Shown one piece after another: positions 58,097 to 64,000 of a stretch of DNA of 64,000 bases; position 1 is the stretch's first letter; each line of letters opens with the position of its first letter. The stretch lies in contig JAEOTO010000009.1 in assembly GCA_016839805.1 (NCBI GenBank), forward strand, positions 1 to 64,000, written 5' to 3'. The stretch comes from Candidatus Hermodarchaeota archaeon. GTDB taxonomy: Archaea; Asgardarchaeota; Hermodarchaeia; Hermodarchaeales; Hermodarchaeaceae. Both the position numbers and the translations under genes were made by a program. The notes under the pieces were generated by a model. The model ran no database searches, was not told where the DNA came from, and was given only the letters and a program-made list of their open reading frames with translations.

Positions 58097-59044
58097 TTGG
58101 GTGAGGTTAAAGGCTTCTTGACAGTAGAGTATAGCAATAATTCGGCAGTCGCAGCAAAACATGCTGATGTAACGCGCTGCCCAGATTGTAATTCTCAAGA
58201 TATTGTCCATGACCCACAACGGGGTGAACTTATCTGCACGGGCTGTGGAATGGTTCTTTCCGAAGCATTGATTGATCCCCGCGCTGGGGTTCGAGCATTT
58301 ACACCGGAAGAAAAAGCACAGCGAAGCACGAATGGGCTTCCGCTTTCTCAAATGCTTCCTGATTATGGTTTATCCACGAAAGTTTCCAAGCGTATAAATG
58401 GGAATGGCGTGTCTGCTGAACGGGCAGGTCGCCTTGAACGAATCTTGCGATGGAACTCCCGGTCAACCTGGCGGAGACGAAACTTCACGATTGCATTCAC
58501 CGAGATTCGACGAATGGCAGAAAAGCTAAGCATTCCCGGACATATTCGAGAAACCGCAGCTATTTACTACCGAAAGGCTTACAAACACGATCTCTTGCGC
58601 GGTCATAGTATCAAAGCTATGGTGGCGGCCTGCGTGTTTGCTTCTGCAAAAACCTGTGGTTTCCCCCTAACGTTAGAGAATGTTTTGAAAACTTCAGGTG
58701 AAGAAGATCGCGTCATTAAACGCTGTTATGTCCTGTTGGTGAAAACGCTAAATTTGAAACCTAAGCGCCAGAATCTTGCATCTATCGTCCCACGCTTCGC
58801 TAACCACCTCGGCCTATCAGCTCCGGTAGAGCAACGGGCAATAGAAATCCTCGGGATAACATCGGAGAAACTTCAACTATCTGGCAAAGACCCGAAAGGC
58901 TATGTTGCCGCGGCTATCTATCTTGCAGCCAAACAACTTGGTGAAACCCGCTCTCAACAAGCCGTTGCTTCGGCTCTTGGAATAACCGAAGTCACACTAC
59001 GCTCACGACAACGTGAGATTGCTAAGATTATCACATTCAATTAG
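58097..59044 (+). CDS. tfb: Transcription initiation factor IIB (divergent paralog)
   Basis: CPDC...CTGC zinc ribbon, two cyclin repeats, GKDPKGYVAAAIY, TEVTLR. Confidence 0.9.
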   Translation: MGEVKGFLTVEYSNNSAVAAKHADVTRCPDCNSQDIVHDPQRGELICTGCGMVLSEALIDPRAGVRAFTPEEKAQRSTNGLPLSQMLPDYGLSTKVSKRINGNGVSAERAGRLERILRWNSRSTWRRRNFTIAFTEIRRMAEKLSIPGHIRETAAIYYRKAYKHDLLRGHSIKAMVAACVFASAKTCGFPLTLENVLKTSGEEDRVIKRCYVLLVKTLNLKPKRQNLASIVPRFANHLGLSAPVEQRAIEILGITSEKLQLSGKDPKGYVAAAIYLAAKQLGETRSQQAVASALGITEVTLRSRQREIAKIITFN

Positions 59045-59162
59045 TGGCCTCAACGACCCTAGTTTATGACAGAAACATTTCCCAACAAGTCTTAAAACAC
59101 CCAAGGGTATTGCAATTCTACATGTTGATTCAAATACTGAGTCAACAGAACATTTCGACCTT

Positions 59163-60542
59163 GTGGTGCGACATTTGGCAGGTACCTCTTTGGATTCGTT
59201 ATTTCAACCAAAGTCTATTGCAATTATTGGGGCCTCCGATAAACCTGATCGCATTGGGTTCCAAGTCATAAAGAGTCTCCAATTAGGAGCGTTTCAAGGA
59301 ACAATTTATCCTGTAAATCCACGACTCAAAGCGGTACTCAAATTTCCTGTCTACGCATCGATAGAAGCGGTACCGGGAGAAATTGATTTAGCAATCATCG
59401 TGCTACGCAAAGATCGAGTATTAGATGCTATTGATGCCTGTGGCCGCAAGGGTGTTCGATCTGTCATTGTAATGAGCTCAGGCTTTAGTGAGTTGGGAGA
59501 TGATGCTACAGAGCAAGCCCTAGTACAACAAGTGCATCAGTATGGCATGCGAATGCTGGGTCCTAATTGTGCAGGATTTGCTTCAACATGGGAAGGAATC
59601 TATGCCAGTTTTGAAAATCGGTTACAAAAGGGTCATGTGGCATTTATTTCACAAAGTGGCGCCATGTGCGCCGTTATCCTTGCTCTAGCGCGAGCTGTTG
59701 GGCTAGGATTTAGTTTATTCGTCAGTTATGGGAACCAAGCGGATATTGGTCCTGAAGAAATTCTCCAATATTTAACTGCTCATACTCCTACGAAGTTAAT
59801 TGGCTGGTATCTTGAAGGTATTACTACTGCGCATCAGTTTATTTCGAAGGCAAAATCTCTTTCACGTCAAAAACCTTTAGTTGTGTTAAAACCTGGAGAA
59901 ACGCTCCAAGCTACCCGTGCTATCCGCTCACATACAGGTACAATAGCAGGGGAACAGGCAATATATGCTGGTGCATTTCGGCAATCAGGGATTCTCCAAG
60001 CAACTAACCTTGACGAGTTTATCGACGCTTGTCAAATCTTAGCTACACAGCCTTTACCAAAGGGGAATCGAGTTGGAATTATTACAAACAGTGGCGGCCC
60101 TGGGGTGCTAGCAGTAGATGCTTGTGCACAAATGAGGCTTGATGTGACACCTTTTCCTGCGCCACTGATCACAAAACTTGAGGAAGTCTTGCCTCCCTTT
60201 TACCCAATGGTGAACCCTGTCGATGTAGGGCCAGAAGGAACCCCTGAGACCTACCAGCATATAACCAAACTTCTCCTGGATAATTCAGGTCTTGATATGG
60301 TGTTAGTATTGTGTGTTCCAACAGTCTTTTCGTCAATTCATTCGATCTCGAAAAGCATTATTTCAGCAAAAAAAACTAACTCGAAAAAACCCTTAGTTAC
60401 GTGCTGGTTAGCCGGTGATATTGTTGAAGAAGGACTACCTCTTCTCATACAAGCTGGTATCCCTAATTTTCCAACTCCTCAACGAGCCGCGAAAGCATTA
60501 CAATTTTTACACCATCGTGCTAACTGGCTTCGTTCACATTAA
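59163..60542 (+). CDS. acdA: ADP-forming acyl/acetate-CoA ligase alpha subunit
   Basis: PKSIAIIGAS, GPNCAG, SQSGA, SHTG, TNSGGPG, NPVD. Confidence 0.88.
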   Translation: MVRHLAGTSLDSLFQPKSIAIIGASDKPDRIGFQVIKSLQLGAFQGTIYPVNPRLKAVLKFPVYASIEAVPGEIDLAIIVLRKDRVLDAIDACGRKGVRSVIVMSSGFSELGDDATEQALVQQVHQYGMRMLGPNCAGFASTWEGIYASFENRLQKGHVAFISQSGAMCAVILALARAVGLGFSLFVSYGNQADIGPEEILQYLTAHTPTKLIGWYLEGITTAHQFISKAKSLSRQKPLVVLKPGETLQATRAIRSHTGTIAGEQAIYAGAFRQSGILQATNLDEFIDACQILATQPLPKGNRVGIITNSGGPGVLAVDACAQMRLDVTPFPAPLITKLEEVLPPFYPMVNPVDVGPEGTPETYQHITKLLLDNSGLDMVLVLCVPTVFSSIHSISKSIISAKKTNSKKPLVTCWLAGDIVEEGLPLLIQAGIPNFPTPQRAAKALQFLHHRANWLRSH

Positions 60543-60619
60543 CCCTATTACGTCTCATCTAGTGTGCCCATAAGACTAAAATTGTGAAGGTGTGTCGGAA
60601 CTCGTGGAGGATTCCTCAA

Positions 60620-62422
60620 ATGCGTATTGCTGTATTAGACCCTCGAGCCTGTAACCCTGCAAAGTGCACTAGAGAGTGTCAGCGTTTCTGTCCTCCTCAG
60701 CGAATGGGGGATGAGGTGGTCATATTTGATAAAAAAAAGAAAGATAGCCAGCCACGTATTGTGGAACTCCTCTGTACTGGCTGTGGAATCTGTACTCGGA
60801 AGTGTCCCTTTAGAGCTCTCCGAATTATTAATCTCGCCGATGAATTAGACACGGACACCTCTCATCGCTATGGTCCTAACAGCTTCAAACTTTTCCGCCT
60901 GCCAATACCTACACCTGGTTCCGTGACGGGGTTAGTAGGAGCGAATGGGACAGGAAAATCCACTGCGCTCAAAATTCTCGCTACCCAATTACGCCCCAAT
61001 CTTGGTAATTTCGAGGAACCTCCAGATTGGCCAGATATAATTCGCCATTACCGTGGATCGGGTTTACAGCCCTATTTTGAACAAGCCTCACATGGTGGCC
61101 TTACTGTTGCCTACAAACCGCAGAATGTCACATCAATCTCTGAAGCCTATCAAGGTTCAGTGCAACAACTCCTTGAGGCTACAAATGAACGCGGTAAACT
61201 ACGAGAACTCCTGACTCAACTGGAACTGAAAAGCGTTCTACAACGTGACGTATCTGTCCTCAGTGGTGGAGAACTACAACGGGTGGCTATCGCTGCTGTA
61301 ATGGCACGCGATGCCGACGTATATCTAATTGATGAACCCACTTCTTACCTGGATGTCTATCAACGTGTTCGCGCAGCCCGTGCCATTAGGTCACTAGCAC
61401 AGGAAGGAAAAATGGTCATCAGTGTTGTTCATGACTTAGCAGTGGCTGACTACATCTCCGATTATGTCTGTATTTTCTACGGTGAACCCGGAGTATATGG
61501 AATTGTGTCTAATCCCCATGGTGTTCGCGAAGGTATCAATATCTATCTCAATGGTTATCTCCCTGACAGTAATGTTCGATTCAGAAATGAAGAAATTCGG
61601 TTCGAAACCCGACCACCAGCCGCTGAATATTGGGCTACCGTAGAAGTCCTTTTAGAATATGAGGCTATGACTAAATCCTTTGAAGACTTCTCACTTCAAA
61701 TCATGCCCGGACAAGTTCACCAAGGTGAAGTCATTGGTGTCCTGGGTCCCAATGGCATCGGAAAAACAACCTTTGTCCGACTTCTAGCAAAAGATATGAA
61801 GCCTGATGAAGGTGTCCTCCCTGAAACCGATCTCAAAGTTAGTTACAAACCACAATATCTAAGCGGTGAAAGTGACGCCACGGTGATCAAGACCCTAGAA
61901 GAAGTTGGAGGGGCTAGAGTCATTACCAGCATCTTCAAATCCGATGTCTTACGACCCCTAGCACTTGACCAACTAAAGGACCGCCAAATTAACGAACTAA
62001 GCGGTGGCGAACTTCAACGAGTTGCTATTGCAACCTGCTTAGCTCGTCCCGCAGATCTCTTTCTCTTTGATGAGCCATCAGCCTTTCTAGACATTGAACA
62101 ACGTCTTGCAGCAGCTAAAGTCATTCGCTCCATTGTCCACGACCAGGGTAAAGCCGCCTTCGTTGTCGAACATGACATGGTTACCATCTCCGCTTTTGCA
62201 GATACTATCTCCGTTTTCACAGGAAAACCTGGTCTAGAAGGGTTCTGTCAAGCTCCCATTGACCTACGGATGGGCATGAACACGTTTCTCAAGGAAATGG
62301 GGGTTACATTTCGCCGCGATCACGCCACTGGTCGACCACGGGTCAATAAAGAAGATAGTCGCCTTGATCGGGAGCAAAAGCAGCGAGGCGAATACTATTA
62401 CATTAGCACTGAAGCTGAATAA
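60620..62422 (+). CDS. rli: ABCE1/RLI ribosome recycling ATPase
   Basis: N-terminal Fe-S cysteines, HRYGPNSFKL, two NBDs with LSGGELQR, TFRRD...RPRVNK. Confidence 0.96.
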   Translation: MRIAVLDPRACNPAKCTRECQRFCPPQRMGDEVVIFDKKKKDSQPRIVELLCTGCGICTRKCPFRALRIINLADELDTDTSHRYGPNSFKLFRLPIPTPGSVTGLVGANGTGKSTALKILATQLRPNLGNFEEPPDWPDIIRHYRGSGLQPYFEQASHGGLTVAYKPQNVTSISEAYQGSVQQLLEATNERGKLRELLTQLELKSVLQRDVSVLSGGELQRVAIAAVMARDADVYLIDEPTSYLDVYQRVRAARAIRSLAQEGKMVISVVHDLAVADYISDYVCIFYGEPGVYGIVSNPHGVREGINIYLNGYLPDSNVRFRNEEIRFETRPPAAEYWATVEVLLEYEAMTKSFEDFSLQIMPGQVHQGEVIGVLGPNGIGKTTFVRLLAKDMKPDEGVLPETDLKVSYKPQYLSGESDATVIKTLEEVGGARVITSIFKSDVLRPLALDQLKDRQINELSGGELQRVAIATCLARPADLFLFDEPSAFLDIEQRLAAAKVIRSIVHDQGKAAFVVEHDMVTISAFADTISVFTGKPGLEGFCQAPIDLRMGMNTFLKEMGVTFRRDHATGRPRVNKEDSRLDREQKQRGEYYYISTEAE

Positions 62423-62440
62423 TTTCTTTCTCCCACATGA

Positions 62441-63382
62441 TTATGTCTTTTTTAATGGACCTAAGGGACCCTGATGGTTGACCAGCACCTTCACAACATT
62501 TCGTCCTTTTGGTACGCCCAATGATCGTGCAACCGGCTCGCATTTCGTTCGAAGCAGGTGCGCCGTTGGTGCTGGTAAAGTAAATTCAGGAAGGGTTTCA
62601 TGATGCCCCATACCTTTAGCAATTACCAAGTCAGTAGTCTTGAAACGGTCGAGAAACTCCTGTGAGCACCACGGGGGTAAAACACCAACAGATCCTCCTC
62701 CAGTTGTAATAACCTCTGTGATGTCCACTAATCCTCCTGTATTCGCATCCTCAAGCATTGCATCGTTTAATACTGGTGCTCCTTTAACCGTCACTGTGAC
62801 TTCAGTACCCAACTCAATTAGGGTGTTAACTAATAGACGGTCAAACACGACTTCACCTGCATTATCAGTTAAATACAGTGTAGTTTTCGATTTTTTGGCT
62901 CGCTGATAAAGCTGATCAATCTGGTCAATCGCCAAGTCCCCTTCAACTTGAGAAATTAGTTCAGCCATATTATCCCAAGGAATTTCATGCCCTGCCACAC
63001 CATACTCGATAATATTTCCTAGTGACGCAGCCATACAAGCTCGACGAAAACGCTGTTTAAGATCTTTGACTTGAGTTACAAAGTCCTCAAGGAAGGGAAC
63101 AATCTTTAACGCAGTTTCATTTGACTCCTGCTTCAGTCTTGCGTAAGGATCGGGGCACCCTGTGATTTGTTGAATGGAATGATCCCGCAGCGTTCCCACA
63201 TAAGCCGGAATCTTCTCCATACGTCCTCCCTTAGTTAGGGAATTATAGAGGATTCCAACAACTTCAGTCATAGCTTCTAATTGCAGATCAAGGTTAGGTG
63301 TTGCTAACTCAACCTCTTGAAACGCTCGAGAGATAAGACAACTCACACACTGCGAATCAATTTGCAAAAGCTTGCCTCCCAA
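62441..63382 (-). CDS. ARMT1-like / DUF89 damage-control phosphatase
   Basis: CVSC, DPY..LK..SN, GNIIEYG, DNAGEVVFD, AKGMG. Confidence 0.88.
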   Translation of the reverse strand: MGGKLLQIDSQCVSCLISRAFQEVELATPNLDLQLEAMTEVVGILYNSLTKGGRMEKIPAYVGTLRDHSIQQITGCPDPYARLKQESNETALKIVPFLEDFVTQVKDLKQRFRRACMAASLGNIIEYGVAGHEIPWDNMAELISQVEGDLAIDQIDQLYQRAKKSKTTLYLTDNAGEVVFDRLLVNTLIELGTEVTVTVKGAPVLNDAMLEDANTGGLVDITEVITTGGGSVGVLPPWCSQEFLDRFKTTDLVIAKGMGHHETLPEFTLPAPTAHLLRTKCEPVARSLGVPKGRNVVKVLVNHQGPLGPLKKT

Positions 63383-63465
63383 CGATGTGAGATTTCTAGC
63401 AGGAATAGCAGTTTTAAGCCTTTTAGATACGCTACGGTTATCATTTCGAAGAGATAATGAAGTAG

Positions 63466-63539
63466 CGGGCCCTCAGCGATTTGAACGCGGGACCTCCAGA
63501 TTCGGAGTCTGGCGCCATATCCAACTAGGCCAAGGGCCC
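63466..63539 (-). tRNA. tRNA-Arg(CCG)
   Basis: GGGCCCT/AGGGCCC acceptor stem, D-loop AGTTGGATA, anticodon arm CCAGA-CTCCGAA-TCTGG, GTTCAAATC T-loop; no intron, no encoded CCA. Confidence 0.93.
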
Positions 63540-63669
63540 TTGCTTCTCGAGTGAGAAATGGAAGTCATATGTCCTATTAAATACGTTTAGGCATTTATCG
63601 ATGGAAATGGGTCCCATACGATAGAGATTTAATTCAACTACACAGGATGATACAACGGAGTTCTCTCTA

Positions 63670-64000
63670 ATGCGTTTAGACCGTGCACAGCGGGTTATGA
63701 CCCGGGAAGAAACGAGTGGCATTCTTCTTTTTAATCCCTTTAATATTCGTTATTTAACCGGGTATAGACCTGCATGTGTACACGGGATCTCAGTAGCTGT
63801 TTTAGGTCAAGATACCGAACCCTGGCTAATTTTGCCAGAGGCGGAATTAGATCTTGCTAATGCACAGTCTTGGTTTAGCCAAGTCCACTCCTATATACCA
63901 TCACAAGGTGAAGGATCCACCCAATCAACACTTCTTAATTGTATCCAGGAGGCAATTGAAGAACATAATTTCCAATCTGTTGACATCGGCATAGAATTAG
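63670..64000 (+). CDS. Xaa-Pro peptidase / creatinase N-terminal domain protein (truncated by the window end)
   Basis: MRLDRAQRVM...ILLFNPFNIRYLTGY; open to the window end. Confidence 0.75.
   Translation, partial: MRLDRAQRVMTREETSGILLFNPFNIRYLTGYRPACVHGISVAVLGQDTEPWLILPEAELDLANAQSWFSQVHSYIPSQGEGSTQSTLLNCIQEAIEEHNFQSVDIGIEL

Noticed and set aside
57995-58351. N-terminal extension of the 392-aa ORF
   Set aside because: Overlaps tfb on the opposite strand; the likely start is ATG 57994
63466-63539. tRNA as an integration site or pseudo-tRNA (one C-U mismatch in the T stem)
   Set aside because: No duplicated tRNA 3' end or integrase seen in the window; the rest of the cloverleaf is canonical

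Overview
Archaeal chromosomal window (TFB, ABCE1, nurA-herA-mre11-rad50, tRNA without encoded CCA). The gene families (PPIPGFP-type C-terminal sorting tail, tandem Lrp/AsnC regulator, free-standing HTH-LAGLIDADG proteins) suggest an Asgard lineage, but this is inferred, not proven. The first ~24 kb is accessory: a truncated gene ending in a (Cys-Ala)n-GGGR tail, a convergent pair of paralogous LAGLIDADG/HTH genes (one catalytically degenerate), surface proteins sharing a 28-bp promoter/operator, a vapBC module between diverged direct repeats, a GNAT-SSB(OB) fusion, duplicated M20 amidohydrolases (one frameshifted) each next to a PLP enzyme, a GH39 and a hairpin-flanked 32-codon ORF. The rest is mostly housekeeping and metabolic. 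Best candidates for an undescribed system: (1) a nurA-herA-mre11-rad50 operon whose Rad50/SMC protein has no zinc hook and instead carries a two-helix hydrophobic hairpin at the coiled-coil apex, suggesting a membrane-tethered resection machine; (2) an RRE(PqqD)-radical SAM/SPASM plus methyltransferase pair with no adjacent precursor, for which the Cys-Ala tail protein is a plausible substrate. All product calls come from motif recognition by eye; no searches were run.
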